Origin: Endomicrobium sp.
GTDB lineage: Bacteria > Elusimicrobiota > Endomicrobiia > Endomicrobiales > Endomicrobiaceae
Reading direction: 5' to 3'
NCBI GenBank assembly: GCA_031261715.1
Contig: JAISJB010000005.1
Span: 26,651 to 90,650 of the forward strand
DNA: 64,000 nucleotides
Shown here: positions 51,745-62,371 of the stretch, piece by piece
Numbering within the stretch: position 1 is the stretch's first letter
Layout: each line of letters opens with the position of its first letter
Position numbers and translations under genes: made by a program
The notes under the pieces: generated by a model
Seen by the model: only the letters and a program-made list of their open reading frames with translations
Databases searched by the model: none
Told to the model about the DNA's origin: nothing

Positions 51745-53111
51745 TGATTTTTATTATAATTTATTATAAACTTATTATCTTGTTTTTTTATGCCTTTACC
51801 TTTCATAATATTTTCACTATTAGTTATAAAATTTTCATAGTTTCTCATAATAAAATATGATTCGAATCTAGCAATAATATCCAATGTAACACTAATAGTT
51901 ATAAGTAAAGCTGTTCCGCTAAATAAATATGGCAGGTGAAAAAATTTTTTTAAATAATTTGGGCCAAGTGAAATAAATGATACAAATATTGCTCCGACTA
52001 ATGTTAATCTATCTATAATATGTTTAATATAGCATCGTGTTGATGCTCCAGAACGTATGCCTGGAATAAATCCACCACATTTTTTCATATATTGTGCTAT
52101 ATCACTTGGATTAAAAGATATAGAATTATAAAAATAGCAAAAAAATATTACTAAACATGTATATACAATATTATAATATGCGTTTGTCTTTATGTTAAAG
52201 TTGATAATTGGTTGTGATATTAAATGTCCACAAACAGATATCTTTGGAAATAGTTGAGCTATAGTGAGTGGAATAGATAATATAGATATTGTAAATACAA
52301 TTGCCATCACACCAGATTGGTCTATCCTTATAGGTAAAAAAGATCTTTGATCATTATATGGTTCATATTCAATAAACTTTTTTGTGTAATGTATGGGAAT
52401 TTTCCTTTGAGCAGTTTCAATATATATAACTGATATAAACATAATAACTACTATAGAGACTAATAACAATAATGAAGAATAAGTCTTTTGGGTTATTAAT
52501 CTAACTATAGCGTAAAATGAATTTGGAAATCTTTCGATTATTCCAATCAGTATAATTAATGAAATACCATTACATATTCCATATTCAGTAATTTGCTCTC
52601 CGCTCCACATAACAAACATAGAGCCTGTTACTAATGTAATAATAACTAGAACATGCCAACTAATTGATGGATTTGTAATTAATAATGTTCCTAATGGAGT
52701 AGGTATTCTTTTTATAGCAATGAGCAAAAAAATAGATTGTACAATTCCTAGTAATAATGTTAAATACCTTGTTATTTGATTAAGACGTTTACGGCCATGT
52801 TCTCCTTCTGTTGAAAGTTTATCTAAATAAGGCATTATATGCGCACCTTGAATTAAATTAATAACAATTGATGAATTAATATAAGGAACAACGCCTATAG
52901 AAAAAATTGACATTCTATTCAGTGCTCCTCCAGAAAATATATCCAAAAAATTTAAAAAACCATTATGATTGGTATGCATATGAAAAAACTGATGTATTAT
53001 ATTTACATTAATACCTGGAATAGGAATTGAAACTCCTATTCTATATACTATCAGTATGCCAATTGTAAAAAATAATCTTTTTAAACAGTCATATGTATAT
53101 GTACTAAGCAT
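51741..53111 (-). CDS. secY: Preprotein translocase subunit SecY
   Basis: FSGGAL..MSIFSIGVVPYINSSI, GEQITEYGICNGISLII, RKIP, FIPGIR. Confidence 0.98.
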   Translation of the reverse strand: MLSTYTYDCLKRLFFTIGILIVYRIGVSIPIPGINVNIIHQFFHMHTNHNGFLNFLDIFSGGALNRMSIFSIGVVPYINSSIVINLIQGAHIMPYLDKLSTEGEHGRKRLNQITRYLTLLLGIVQSIFLLIAIKRIPTPLGTLLITNPSISWHVLVIITLVTGSMFVMWSGEQITEYGICNGISLIILIGIIERFPNSFYAIVRLITQKTYSSLLLLVSIVVIMFISVIYIETAQRKIPIHYTKKFIEYEPYNDQRSFLPIRIDQSGVMAIVFTISILSIPLTIAQLFPKISVCGHLISQPIINFNIKTNAYYNIVYTCLVIFFCYFYNSISFNPSDIAQYMKKCGGFIPGIRSGASTRCYIKHIIDRLTLVGAIFVSFISLGPNYLKKFFHLPYLFSGTALLITISVTLDIIARFESYFIMRNYENFITNSENIMKGKGIKKQDNKFIINYNKNQ

Positions 53112-53140
53112 TTCTACTCACTTCAATTTAATTAATAAAA

Positions 53141-53593
53141 TTATAAAACTTTTCCATTTTTAAGTTTTGTAATTTTACTCAATGCTGACTTAGATAATGC
53201 ATCAACTTTAACTGATAAAGGAATCTTTAGAGTTCCTACTCCAAGTATTTTGACTTTTTTACTTGCTCTAGAAATTAAACCTGCATTTCTTAAAGTTGAT
53301 AGTGTTATTTCACTTCCGGAATGAAACTTATTTAAATCTTTAATATTAATTATAGTATAACGATTTTTATGTGAATTGTTTTTACAGAAACCCCTTTTAG
53401 GAGTTCTTCTAGCAATTGGAGTTTGTCCTCCTTCAAAATGACTTCTTCGAGTTCCATCCCCAGATCTAGATTTTTGTCCTTTAGAGCCACGCGTAGCAGT
53501 TCTTCCATGGCCTGAGCCTACACCACGACCTACAATTTTTTTTCTGTGTTTAGAGTTTTGTGGACATTGTAAATTATGTAATTTTATCAACAT
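53141..53593 (-). CDS. rplO: 50S ribosomal protein L15
   Basis: [32 protein letters not shown]. Confidence 0.98.
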   Translation of the reverse strand: MLIKLHNLQCPQNSKHRKKIVGRGVGSGHGRTATRGSKGQKSRSGDGTRRSHFEGGQTPIARRTPKRGFCKNNSHKNRYTIINIKDLNKFHSGSEITLSTLRNAGLISRASKKVKILGVGTLKIPLSVKVDALSKSALSKITKLKNGKVL

Positions 53594-54075
53594 ATTTCCT
53601 CTATTTCCTTTCCTCTAATTTTAGACACTTCTGATTTTGAACGAAGATTTAAGAGAGCATTCATTGTAGCATAAATAACGTTAAAAGGATTTGATGAGCC
53701 TAAAGATTTAGTTAAAATATCCTTAATCCCTGCGGCTTCAAGAACTGCTCTAACTTTTTCCCCTGCAATCACTCCAGTCCCAGGTTTAGCTGGTTTTAAC
53801 AAAACTTTTCCAGCTCCTGCAATTCCAATAACATTATGAGGAATGGTATGATTTATAAAATTAATACAAAGCATATGTTTTGTTGCATATACGCTACCTT
53901 TATGAATAGCAGCTTGAACTTCTTTTGCTTTTCCAAGACCACAACCTACTTTTCCTGCTTGATCTCCTACTACTACCAAAGCACTAAAAGAAAATCGTTT
54001 GCCCCCTTTAACTACTTTTGTTACTCTATTAATAGAAACAACAACTTCTTTTAATTTACTCTTTTGGTTTGTCAA
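53587..54075 (-). CDS. rpsE: 30S ribosomal protein S5
   Basis: [34 protein letters not shown]; TTG start. Confidence 0.98.
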   Translation of the reverse strand: MTNQKSKLKEVVVSINRVTKVVKGGKRFSFSALVVVGDQAGKVGCGLGKAKEVQAAIHKGSVYATKHMLCINFINHTIPHNVIGIAGAGKVLLKPAKPGTGVIAGEKVRAVLEAAGIKDILTKSLGSSNPFNVIYATMNALLNLRSKSEVSKIRGKEIEEIC

Positions 54076-54095
54076 AGCCCCCCCTTAAACCTATT

Positions 54096-54446
54096 TTAAC
54101 ATTGTAATCCATTATTTCTTAAGGTCTCTGCAAATACTTTAATCTTGCCAAGATATCTATAGCCCTTTCTATCAAGAATAACTTGTTTTATACCTTTATT
54201 TATAGCTTGCTTAGCTAGATTTTGTCCAAGCAGTTTAGCGGCTATTATAGTATCATTATATTTTAATTGTTTAAAATGTAATGTAGATAATGATACTAAA
54301 GTTTTTCCTTTAGTATCATCTATAATTTGAGCATAAAGATACCTTAAACCTCTATGAAAACTTAAACGCGGTTTAACCATAGTTCCACTAATTTTATTAC
54401 GTACTCGTTTTGCACGACGAGCAAACCTATCTGCTATTTTAGTCAT
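54096..54446 (-). CDS. rplR: 50S ribosomal protein L18
   Basis: KPRL, YAQIIDD..GKTL, DRKGYRYLG. Confidence 0.97.
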   Translation of the reverse strand: MTKIADRFARRAKRVRNKISGTMVKPRLSFHRGLRYLYAQIIDDTKGKTLVSLSTLHFKQLKYNDTIIAAKLLGQNLAKQAINKGIKQVILDRKGYRYLGKIKVFAETLRNNGLQC

Positions 54447-54489
54447 TATATATTATGCACTCCTTAAAAAACAAACTATAATTGTTTGT

Positions 54490-55065
54490 TTATTTTGAAC
54501 TAGTTGCAACCTTACCAGCTTTCCTAATAATCTGTTCGTCGAAGTATTTTATACCAAAACCTTTATATGGGTCAGGAGGTTTAACTTGTCTTAATGTGGC
54601 TGCAAATGTTCCAACTTCACATTTATCAATACCTAATATAGAAATCAATGTTGTTTTATCTTGCATAATTGTAGCTTTGACTTTTAATTCTTTTGGAATT
54701 ACAATTGTTACTGGATGTGAAAATCCAACAAACAAAATTATCTTATTACTTTCAAGACTGACTTTATAGCCTAATCCTTTTAATTCTAAATCTTTTTTGA
54801 ATCCAATTGTAACCCCTTTTAACATATTAATAATAAGGCCTCTAAATAATCCTTGTAGCCCACTATTACGTTTATGTTGTTTACATACATTTTTATCTTT
54901 TTTTACTATGATAATATGTTTCACTGAGTCAATAGTTAACTTCACATTATTGTTAATAAGCTGGCGTAACGTGCCCATCGGGCCATTGACTTCTAATATA
55001 TTATTGATAAATAATACTTCAACTCCATCTGGAATCTCTACTGGCTTATTTTCTAAACGACTCAT
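54490..55065 (-). CDS. rplF: 50S ribosomal protein L6
   Basis: MSR...PVEIP, GFSHPV, PDPYKGFGI, RKAGK. Confidence 0.97.
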   Translation of the reverse strand: MSRLENKPVEIPDGVEVLFINNILEVNGPMGTLRQLINNNVKLTIDSVKHIIIVKKDKNVCKQHKRNSGLQGLFRGLIINMLKGVTIGFKKDLELKGLGYKVSLESNKIILFVGFSHPVTIVIPKELKVKATIMQDKTTLISILGIDKCEVGTFAATLRQVKPPDPYKGFGIKYFDEQIIRKAGKVATSSK

Positions 55066-55105
55066 TTTCTGTTTGCTTCCTCTAAAATATTTTTAGTTAT
55101 AAATA

Positions 55106-55510
55106 TTACCAAATATAACCTATTATTTCTCCACCAAGTTTCTTATTTTTTGCTTTACTATCAGTTAATATTCCTTCAGATGTAGAAATTATTGTAATTC
55201 CTAACCCTCCAAAAGTTTTAGGAATATCTTTAGTTTTTTTATAGATTCTTAAACTAGGTTTAGAAGCTATCTTTAAACCTGTTATAACAGGTTTTTTATT
55301 TCCATTATAAGTAGTATACTTAAGACAAATTTTTAAAATTTTATTATATTTAATAAATATGCATTCATAATTAACTATATATCCCTCACTTTTCAAAATT
55401 TTGGCTATTTCAACTTTCATGCGTGAGCAAGGAATATTAACTTTTTCATGTAGTTTTAAACTTGCATTACGAATACGTGTAAACATATCTGATATTGGAT
55501 CAACAATCAT
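55106..55510 (-). CDS. rpsH: 30S ribosomal protein S8
   Basis: DPISDMFTRIRNA, SKPSLRIY, GLGITIISTSEG. Confidence 0.98.
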   Translation of the reverse strand: MIVDPISDMFTRIRNASLKLHEKVNIPCSRMKVEIAKILKSEGYIVNYECIFIKYNKILKICLKYTTYNGNKKPVITGLKIASKPSLRIYKKTKDIPKTFGGLGITIISTSEGILTDSKAKNKKLGGEIIGYIW

Positions 55511-55533
55511 TTTAAATAAAACCTCTTTTTAAA

Positions 55534-55719
55534 TTACCAACTAGATTTAGTTATACCTGGTATTTCACCATTATGAGCCAATTTTCTTAGACATATTCTA
55601 CAAAGGCCGAAATCTCTATAATAACCACGAGCTCTTCCACATAAACTACATCTATTTCTATGACGAGTGGAAAATTTCTGGATTTTGTGCATTTTAGCTA
55701 TTGAAGAAATTTTTGACAT
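55534..55719 (-). CDS. rpsN: 30S ribosomal protein S14 (Zn-binding type Z)
   Basis: RCSLCGR...LCRICLR...PGITKSSW, 61 aa. Confidence 0.98.
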   Translation of the reverse strand: MSKISSIAKMHKIQKFSTRHRNRCSLCGRARGYYRDFGLCRICLRKLAHNGEIPGITKSSW

Positions 55720-55748
55720 AAAATTTAGACAAATCCTTTTTAATTATT

Positions 55749-56291
55749 TTATTTTTTAAAGGGAACCCCTAATAATTCAAGTAACACTTTAGCTTGTGTA
55801 TTGTTTGTTGCTGTTGTTACTATACTAATATTCATACCCCTCGATCTATCAGATTTCTCAATGTCTACTTCAGGAAATATATATTGTTCACTTAATCCTA
55901 TGTTTAAATTACCATATTTATCAAAGTTACTTACTTTAATTCCTCTAAAATCTCTTATTCTAGGAATAGCAATATTAATGAACTTATCTAAAAATTCATA
56001 CATCAACCTATTTCGTAAAGTGACTTTCAATCCTATAGGCATACCTTCTCTTAATTTAAAACTTGATATAGATTTTTTTGCATGGCATATTAATGGTTTC
56101 TGCCCAGTAATAGAAGCAAGCTCTAAACTAGCAATATTTAGAACTTTAACATCGTCTTTAGCGTCTCCTACACCTATATTAATAACGATCTTAGTAAGTT
56201 TTGGAACCTGATTTATATTAATAAAATGAAAGTGTTCCTGCAATTTTATCACTACAAATTTTTTATAATAATCTTTTAAACGAGCATTCAC
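55749..56291 (-). CDS. rplE: 50S ribosomal protein L5
   Basis: VPKLTKIVIN, ITGQKP, FKLREGMPIG, PRIRDFRG; GTG start. Confidence 0.98.
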   Translation of the reverse strand: MNARLKDYYKKFVVIKLQEHFHFININQVPKLTKIVINIGVGDAKDDVKVLNIASLELASITGQKPLICHAKKSISSFKLREGMPIGLKVTLRNRLMYEFLDKFINIAIPRIRDFRGIKVSNFDKYGNLNIGLSEQYIFPEVDIEKSDRSRGMNISIVTTATNNTQAKVLLELLGVPFKK

Positions 56292-56328
56292 TATTTTTTT
56301 TAAATTCCTCCTAATTCAGAAATCATAC

Positions 56329-56649
56329 TTATATTATCGCTCCACATACACGACAGGCTCGTATTCTTTTTCTACTATCTTTGGATATATTATACTTAAT
56401 TCGAAATGATTCTTTACAATGTGGACATATAATCATAACTTTACTTACATGTATTGCAGCTTCTGTAGTACAAATTTTTCCATTGACCTGTCCTTTACTT
56501 TTTTTAGGTTTTATATGTTTTGTTATTATATTGATTTGTTGTACAATAACTTGTTTTTGTTTGTGCAATACATCAAGCACTTTACCTTTTTTTCCTTTAT
56601 CTTTTCCTGACAACACTACAACCAGATCATTCTTTTTTATATTTAGCAT
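56329..56649 (-). CDS. rplX: 50S ribosomal protein L24
   Basis: KOW motif SGKDKGKKG, EAAIHVSKV. Confidence 0.97.
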   Translation of the reverse strand: MLNIKKNDLVVVLSGKDKGKKGKVLDVLHKQKQVIVQQINIITKHIKPKKSKGQVNGKICTTEAAIHVSKVMIICPHCKESFRIKYNISKDSRKRIRACRVCGAII

Positions 56650-56699
56650 TTATAATATCATCCTAAAACATATGGAAAGAAATATGTAACTTTCTTTCT

Positions 56700-57068
56700 T
56701 TATATAACTTCAAGTGCTAACGAAATTATCTTTGAATAATGTTTATCCTTAAGTTCTCTTGCAATAGGTCCAAAAATACGTGTTCCTCTTGGTTCACCAT
56801 CATCATTTATAATTACAGCAGCATTGTCATCAAATTTAATATATGTCCCATCTTTCCTACTAACTTCTTTTACTGTACGAACAATAACTGCCTTAACAAT
56901 ATCGCCTTTTTTTAGATTCATATTTGGAACAACAGTTCTTACAGATGCATGTATTATATCTCCAACACTTGCATAACGTCGTTTAAAACCATTCAATACT
57001 CTAAAACAACGAATTTTCTTTGCTCCACAGTTATCTGCTACATTTAAAATAGTTCTTTCATGAATCAT
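56700..57068 (-). CDS. rplN: 50S ribosomal protein L14
   Basis: VADN.GAK, KAVIVRT, FDDNAAV, GTRIFGP. Confidence 0.98.
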   Translation of the reverse strand: MIHERTILNVADNCGAKKIRCFRVLNGFKRRYASVGDIIHASVRTVVPNMNLKKGDIVKAVIVRTVKEVSRKDGTYIKFDDNAAVIINDDGEPRGTRIFGPIARELKDKHYSKIISLALEVI

Positions 57069-57090
57069 TTTACATATACCTTTATTTTGT

Positions 57091-57342
57091 TCATTTGTTA
57101 ATACATCCGATTAATACCCATCTTTTACTCTTTGAAAATGGTCTAGATGCCATTATTCTTACTTTATCTCCTAAATGTGAACTATTGTTCTCATCATGAA
57201 TAGTAAATTTCTTATTGATATGTAAAACTCGCTTATATAACGGATGACGATAAGTTTTCATAACAGATACAATCCTAGTTTTATTATTGTTATCTTTAAT
57301 TACAATCCCCTCAAGTATTTTACGCTTTCCACGTTTTAACAT
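57091..57342 (-). CDS. rpsQ: 30S ribosomal protein S17
   Basis: HPLYKR, HDENN, GDKVRI..SRP.SKSKRW. Confidence 0.97.
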   Translation of the reverse strand: MLKRGKRKILEGIVIKDNNNKTRIVSVMKTYRHPLYKRVLHINKKFTIHDENNSSHLGDKVRIMASRPFSKSKRWVLIGCINK

Positions 57343-57372
57343 CTTCTCTTATTTATATCTCCTTATAAATTT

Positions 57373-57588
57373 CTATTTTTTATATTTACATTTGCTATTT
57401 AAATTTAAGTATGTTTTAATTTTAGCTATTTTTCTCTTAACATTTCTTATATGAAGAGGATTTTTTAAAGCAACAATTGAATTATGCATTTTTAGTTTGA
57501 TCATTTGCTTATTCAAACTGGTAAGTTCAATGAATAGTTCAGATTGTGTCATATTTTTTAGCTTATTTAACATATTTTTATTCTTCAT
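57373..57588 (-). CDS. rpmC: 50S ribosomal protein L29
   Basis: LKNPLHIRNVKRKIAKIKT; synteny. Confidence 0.94.
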   Translation of the reverse strand: MKNKNMLNKLKNMTQSELFIELTSLNKQMIKLKMHNSIVALKNPLHIRNVKRKIAKIKTYLNLNSKCKYKK

Positions 57589-57600
57589 AACAGAACACCT

Positions 57601-58023
57601 TTAAATATAATCCCTAACTAAAATTTTAGTATGTATAGGCAATTTATTTGAAGCTAACTGTAAAGCTTTTTTAGCTTCTATTTCACTAATACCTTCTATC
57701 TCAAATAAAATCCTTCCTGGTTTGATAACAGCAACCCAATATTGAACATCTCCCTTTCCTTTACCCATTCTAGTTTCAGCTGGTTTTTTAGTAATTGGTT
57801 TATCTGGAAAAATTCTAATCCATATTTTACCACTTTTTTTAATAAATTTTGATAATGTAATACGTGCTGCTTCTATTTGATTACTTTTCATCCACACAGG
57901 TTCAAGTGCTTGCAATCCATATCTTCCAAACACTAAATGATTTCCACTTGTTGCTTGCCCAGTCATTCTCCCTCTATGCACTTTCCTGTACTTAAACTTT
58001 TTTGGCATTAATAACATTATCAT
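57601..58023 (-). CDS. rplP: 50S ribosomal protein L16
   Basis: [36 protein letters not shown]. Confidence 0.98.
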   Translation of the reverse strand: MIMLLMPKKFKYRKVHRGRMTGQATSGNHLVFGRYGLQALEPVWMKSNQIEAARITLSKFIKKSGKIWIRIFPDKPITKKPAETRMGKGKGDVQYWVAVIKPGRILFEIEGISEIEAKKALQLASNKLPIHTKILVRDYI

Positions 58024-58048
58024 TATCCTTTTTACGTTTTACTTTTTG

Positions 58049-58753
58049 TTAAATAACTTTATCTTTTGATGGTAATTGATTATTTTTTTTAACCTCATTA
58101 AATAAATCAGATAGAGTTTTTTTCATAAATAACTCTCCTTTAAAAATCCAAACCTTAACACCTATTTTACCCATTGTTGTATTTGCTTCTGCAAAACCAT
58201 AATCTATATTAGCACGAAATGTCTGTAAAGGTATTCTACCAGATTTAACCCATTCTGTTCTAGCAATTTCTGCTCCTCCAATACGTCCAGATAACATAAT
58301 TTTAATTCCTTGTGCTTTTCCAATACTCATAGCTTTTTCAAGTGTTTTTTTCATTACTCTTCTAAATGCAACTTGCTTTTCTAGTTGAAAAGCTATATTT
58401 TCAGCTACTAGTTGAGCATCAATTTCAGGTTTTTTAATTTCTATAACATTTAGTAAAGTTTTTTTACTGGTCATAAATTCTATATGTTCTCGTAATTGCT
58501 CAATTCCTTGACCTCCCTTCCCAATGACAAGTCCAGGCCGTGAAGTACAAATACCTATACGCAAACAATTACCAGGTCTTTCTATAACAATTTTAGATAC
58601 AGATGCTAATTTTAATTTATTCTTTTTTATATATTGTCTTATTTTATAATCTTCTTTTATTAATACTGGCATCTTTTTTAAGTTAAACCATTTAGAATCC
58701 CAATCTTGGATATATCCTAAACGAATTCCTTTTGGATGAATTTTATGTCCCAT
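58049..58753 (-). CDS. rpsC: 30S ribosomal protein S3
   Basis: MGHKIHPKGIRLG, RPGLVIGKGG, GRIGGAEIARTE, GVKVWIF. Confidence 0.98.
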   Translation of the reverse strand: MGHKIHPKGIRLGYIQDWDSKWFNLKKMPVLIKEDYKIRQYIKKNKLKLASVSKIVIERPGNCLRIGICTSRPGLVIGKGGQGIEQLREHIEFMTSKKTLLNVIEIKKPEIDAQLVAENIAFQLEKQVAFRRVMKKTLEKAMSIGKAQGIKIMLSGRIGGAEIARTEWVKSGRIPLQTFRANIDYGFAEANTTMGKIGVKVWIFKGELFMKKTLSDLFNEVKKNNQLPSKDKVI

Positions 58754-58762
58754 TTAATTATA

Positions 58763-59110
58763 TCACTCCTTAATAATCTGTGCTACAACCAATGTTATGT
58801 GAACTGTCCTCTTTTTTATTGGCATACCTCTACCTCTTGGCCCAGGATGTATTCTTTTTAATGTTGGGCCTTGTCCTACCCAGGCTTCTTTAACAATGAA
58901 ATTTTCATAATAGTTAATATCCAATTGTCCAACATTAGCTAATGCATTTTTTAACATTTTTTTTATTATGTTAGTCATAGATACAGATTTTCTAATAAAA
59001 GAAAGAATTTCAAAAGCTTTATTTAGTTTTTTATTTCTAATTAAGCTAAGTAACTGATTAGCCTTTCTTGGAGTGTATCTGATATACTTCATAGTAACCT
59101 TAGATTCCAT
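58763..59110 (-). CDS. rplV: 50S ribosomal protein L22
   Basis: RYTPRK, GPTLKR, RGRG, KRTVHIT. Confidence 0.97.
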   Translation of the reverse strand: MESKVTMKYIRYTPRKANQLLSLIRNKKLNKAFEILSFIRKSVSMTNIIKKMLKNALANVGQLDINYYENFIVKEAWVGQGPTLKRIHPGPRGRGMPIKKRTVHITLVVAQIIKE

Positions 59111-59154
59111 TTTATAACTTACCTTTTTGTATATTATTAATATTAGTTAATAAA

Positions 59155-59433
59155 TTATGTAAGAGATGTATCATGTTTCGACATGCCACCGTGTCCTTTG
59201 AATATTCTTGTAGGAGCGAATTCTCCAAGTTTATGTCCAACCATATGTTCTGAAATAAAGACAGAAAAAAACTTTTTACCATTATGAATAGCTAAGGTAT
59301 GTCCAACAAATTCTGGTATAATCACACAATCACGTGCCCAAGTCTTAATAACTTTTTTATTTTCAGAATTCCTTTGTACTTTTGCTAAAAGTTTAGCATC
59401 TATATATGGTCCTTTTTTAACTGAACGACTCAT
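59155..59433 (-). CDS. rpsS: 30S ribosomal protein S19
   Basis: [32 protein letters not shown]. Confidence 0.98.
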   Translation of the reverse strand: MSRSVKKGPYIDAKLLAKVQRNSENKKVIKTWARDCVIIPEFVGHTLAIHNGKKFFSVFISEHMVGHKLGEFAPTRIFKGHGGMSKHDTSLT

Positions 59434-59437
59434 TTAA

Positions 59438-60274
59438 TTATTTTCTCCCTTTGTTGCAACGTGAACTTACAACTACCCAATTAAAATTTTTCCTTTTTCT
59501 TGTTTTAAACCCCTTTGCAGGTTGATTCCATGGACTTCTAGGTTGATTATTTCCTTTAGATTTTCCTCTTCCACCTCCATGAGGGTGATCCACTGCATTC
59601 ATCGCAGTACCACGAATATGTGATTTTCTTCCCAAATGACGCATACGTCCTGCAGAACCGAAAACAACATTACCATGATCTATATTACCAACTTGTCCTA
59701 TAGTAGCATAACAATTTAAATTTATAAGTCTAATTTCACCAGAAGGCATTCTAACATGTGCATATTTTGTTTCTTTAGATAATAACTGCGCTACCGTTCC
59801 AGCTGAGCGAACGAGTTGCCCTCCTTTTCCAATTAATATTTCTATATTATGTATAAACGTTCCAATAGGTATATTTTTAATAGGTAAAGAGTTTCCTATT
59901 TTAACTTCAACATTTGGGCCAGACATAAGCAAATCACCAACTTTTACTCCAAGTGGTTGCATTATATAACGTTTTTCTCCATCAGAGTATTGTAATAATA
60001 ATATTCTACATGAACGATTAGGATCATACTCAATTGCTATAACTTTTGCACTGATATTATATTTATTTCGCTTAAAATCAATAAGTCTGTAAAATCTTTT
60101 GTGGGCACCGCCTCTAAAACGGACAGTAACATGTCCTGTATTATTACGACCACCAGTTTGCTTTTTTATTTTTGTTAATGATTTTTCAGGTTGATTTTTC
60201 GTAATATCTGAATAACATGAAACAGTCATTTTTCTTCTTGACTGCGTATAAGGTTTGAATGTTTTAATTGCCAA
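59438..60274 (-). CDS. rplB: 50S ribosomal protein L2
   Basis: GGRNNTG, IEYDPNRS, RSAG, MNAVDHPHGGG; TTG start. Confidence 0.98.
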   Translation of the reverse strand: MAIKTFKPYTQSRRKMTVSCYSDITKNQPEKSLTKIKKQTGGRNNTGHVTVRFRGGAHKRFYRLIDFKRNKYNISAKVIAIEYDPNRSCRILLLQYSDGEKRYIMQPLGVKVGDLLMSGPNVEVKIGNSLPIKNIPIGTFIHNIEILIGKGGQLVRSAGTVAQLLSKETKYAHVRMPSGEIRLINLNCYATIGQVGNIDHGNVVFGSAGRMRHLGRKSHIRGTAMNAVDHPHGGGRGKSKGNNQPRSPWNQPAKGFKTRKRKNFNWVVVSSRCNKGRK

Positions 60275-60304
60275 AGTTATGACCTCCCAGAATAGAACAA
60301 TAAC

Positions 60305-60610
60305 TTATTTATTAGTACTTTTATCATTAATCATATAAATCTTTTGTTGCTTTTTAAGTTTAATTATAGCTTTTTTCCAATCACTTTTATAGCCAAATTT
60401 AGAAGACATATTCGTTCTTTTTCTTTTCCCAGTATAATTTAAAGTTCTTATATTGATTATTTTAACTTCAAATAGTTGCTCCAAGGCATGTTTTATTTGA
60501 TTTTTGTTCGCCCTTTTATCAACCATAAAAGTATATTTTCCACTACTCTCTTGCAACTTCATTGTTTTATTAGTAATTATAGGTTTTTTTATAATACTTC
60601 TACTCATCAC
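60305..60610 (-). CDS. rplW: 50S ribosomal protein L23
   Basis: PIIT.K, ANKNQIK.A.E.LF.V, WKKAI. Confidence 0.96.
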   Translation of the reverse strand: MMSRSIIKKPIITNKTMKLQESSGKYTFMVDKRANKNQIKHALEQLFEVKIINIRTLNYTGKRKRTNMSSKFGYKSDWKKAIIKLKKQQKIYMINDKSTNK

Positions 60611-60660
60611 TATGTATAAACACTCCTATTTTCATTCTATTGACTTGCTTAAAAATTATG

Positions 60661-61302
60661 TTATAACTTATATATTTCATTGAGATAAGTTAATACTGTA
60701 GATGATATAATCAATTTATCTGCCCAAAGTACTTTATATGCATTAATGTTTTTAACACAATATACTAATACATTATTAATATTGTTACTGGCGTTTTTTA
60801 ATGTTATATTATTATTTAATATTAAGAAAATAATTTTTTTATTTACAATATTTAATTTTTTTATCAAATTAAATATTATTTTAGTTTTACAAGAAAACGA
60901 TTCTGGTAAATTTACAGCTAATATATTGTCATTTTTAAACTGCATAGACAAAGCCATCTTTAAAGCCTGTTGTCTTTTATTTTTTGATATATTAATATAA
61001 TAATCTTTAGGTTGTGGTCCAAATATTACACCACCTTTTCTCCATAAAGGAGAATTTTTTTGACCAGCACGTGCTTTTCCAGTACCTTTTTGCTTCCATG
61101 GCTTTGCTCCAGAAAATGCAACTTCTCCTCTTGTTTTCACTTTATGGGTTCCTGCTCTTTGATTATTTAAATAGGTTGTTAACACTTCGTATAACAGACT
61201 TTTAGAAATTTTCTGTATAGTTACAAATGATGGCATTTGTAAATCAACCTGTTGTTTGCTTCCATTTATATCATAAAGTACAACGTTCTTCATCATTGAC
61301 AT
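60661..61302 (-). CDS. rplD: 50S ribosomal protein L4
   Basis: RAGTHKVKTRGEV, KPWKQKGTGKARAG, GGVIFGP. Confidence 0.97.
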   Translation of the reverse strand: MSMMKNVVLYDINGSKQQVDLQMPSFVTIQKISKSLLYEVLTTYLNNQRAGTHKVKTRGEVAFSGAKPWKQKGTGKARAGQKNSPLWRKGGVIFGPQPKDYYINISKNKRQQALKMALSMQFKNDNILAVNLPESFSCKTKIIFNLIKKLNIVNKKIIFLILNNNITLKNASNNINNVLVYCVKNINAYKVLWADKLIISSTVLTYLNEIYKL

Positions 61303-61335
61303 CGAACAATGATCCTCACTTATAAGATTTAATCC

Positions 61336-61962
61336 CTACAAACTTATTGTTAATATACTATTTAGATTTCCAGGGACAGATCCCTTTATAAATAAAACAT
61401 TATGTATGCTATCAATTTTTACAATCTGCAATCCACGTATTGTAACATATTTATTTCCAAGATGTCCAGCCATCTTCATTCCTTTTAATACTTTTTGTGG
61501 ACCTTGTCCTCCACTTGACCCTCTAGCACGTGTTCTGTCAGATTGTCCATGAGTTACAGATTGCATACTGAAATTATGTCTTTTAATAACACCAGCATAT
61601 CCCTTTCCTTTAGAACACGTACGTACTTTAACATAATCATTAATATTAAAAACATCAACTTTAATTTCTTGTCCTATATTAAAATTACTTATATTAATAT
61701 TATTATTGTCAAGTTTAAATTCTTTCAGCACACGTTGTGGAGATATATTATTCTTTTTAAAATATCCATATTGAGCTTTATGAATTTTTTTTATCTTACT
61801 ATCAAAACCAAGTTGAATAGCATTATAACCATTTTTTGATACAGTACATATATTAGTAATAATACAAGGACCAGCACTAATTACAGTAACTGATATTGAC
61901 TCTCCTAGATTGCTAAAAGTACGTATCATTCCAATCTTTTTCCCAATTATTGATTTGAACAT
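61336..61962 (-). CDS. rplC: 50S ribosomal protein L3
   Basis: IGKKIGM, GYNAIQLG, SKGKGYAGVIKRHNF, KMAGHLG, KGSVPG. Confidence 0.98.
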   Translation of the reverse strand: MFKSIIGKKIGMIRTFSNLGESISVTVISAGPCIITNICTVSKNGYNAIQLGFDSKIKKIHKAQYGYFKKNNISPQRVLKEFKLDNNNINISNFNIGQEIKVDVFNINDYVKVRTCSKGKGYAGVIKRHNFSMQSVTHGQSDRTRARGSSGGQGPQKVLKGMKMAGHLGNKYVTIRGLQIVKIDSIHNVLFIKGSVPGNLNSILTISL

Positions 61963-61997
61963 AAATTTATATCCATATTTATTTTATTATTTTAAGA

Positions 61998-62324
61998 CTA
62001 CATTTTTATTTCTATATCAACACCAGCAGGTAAATCTAATTTCATAAGTTCTTCGATAGTTTTTGAAGATGGCTCGTAAATATCTATTAATCTTTTGTGA
62101 ATTCTCATTTCAAATTGTTCACGTGATTTTTTATCTGTATGAACAGAACGGTTTACTGTATACTTTTTAATTTTTGTAGGTAAAAGTACTGGTCCTGTTA
62201 TGTATGCTCCAGTACTTTTAGCTGTGTTTATAATTTTTGCAATGGAATCATCTAACATTTTATGTTCATAAGCCCTTAACTTAATTCGTAAACGTTGAGT
62301 TGATACAATTTTTTCATTTACCAT
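61998..62324 (-). CDS. rpsJ: 30S ribosomal protein S10
   Basis: [31 protein letters not shown]. Confidence 0.98.
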   Translation of the reverse strand: MVNEKIVSTQRLRIKLRAYEHKMLDDSIAKIINTAKSTGAYITGPVLLPTKIKKYTVNRSVHTDKKSREQFEMRIHKRLIDIYEPSSKTIEELMKLDLPAGVDIEIKM

Positions 62325-62371
62325 AAAACAAGTTCCTTACTTTATAATAAGTTAACTAATGTATATTTAAT

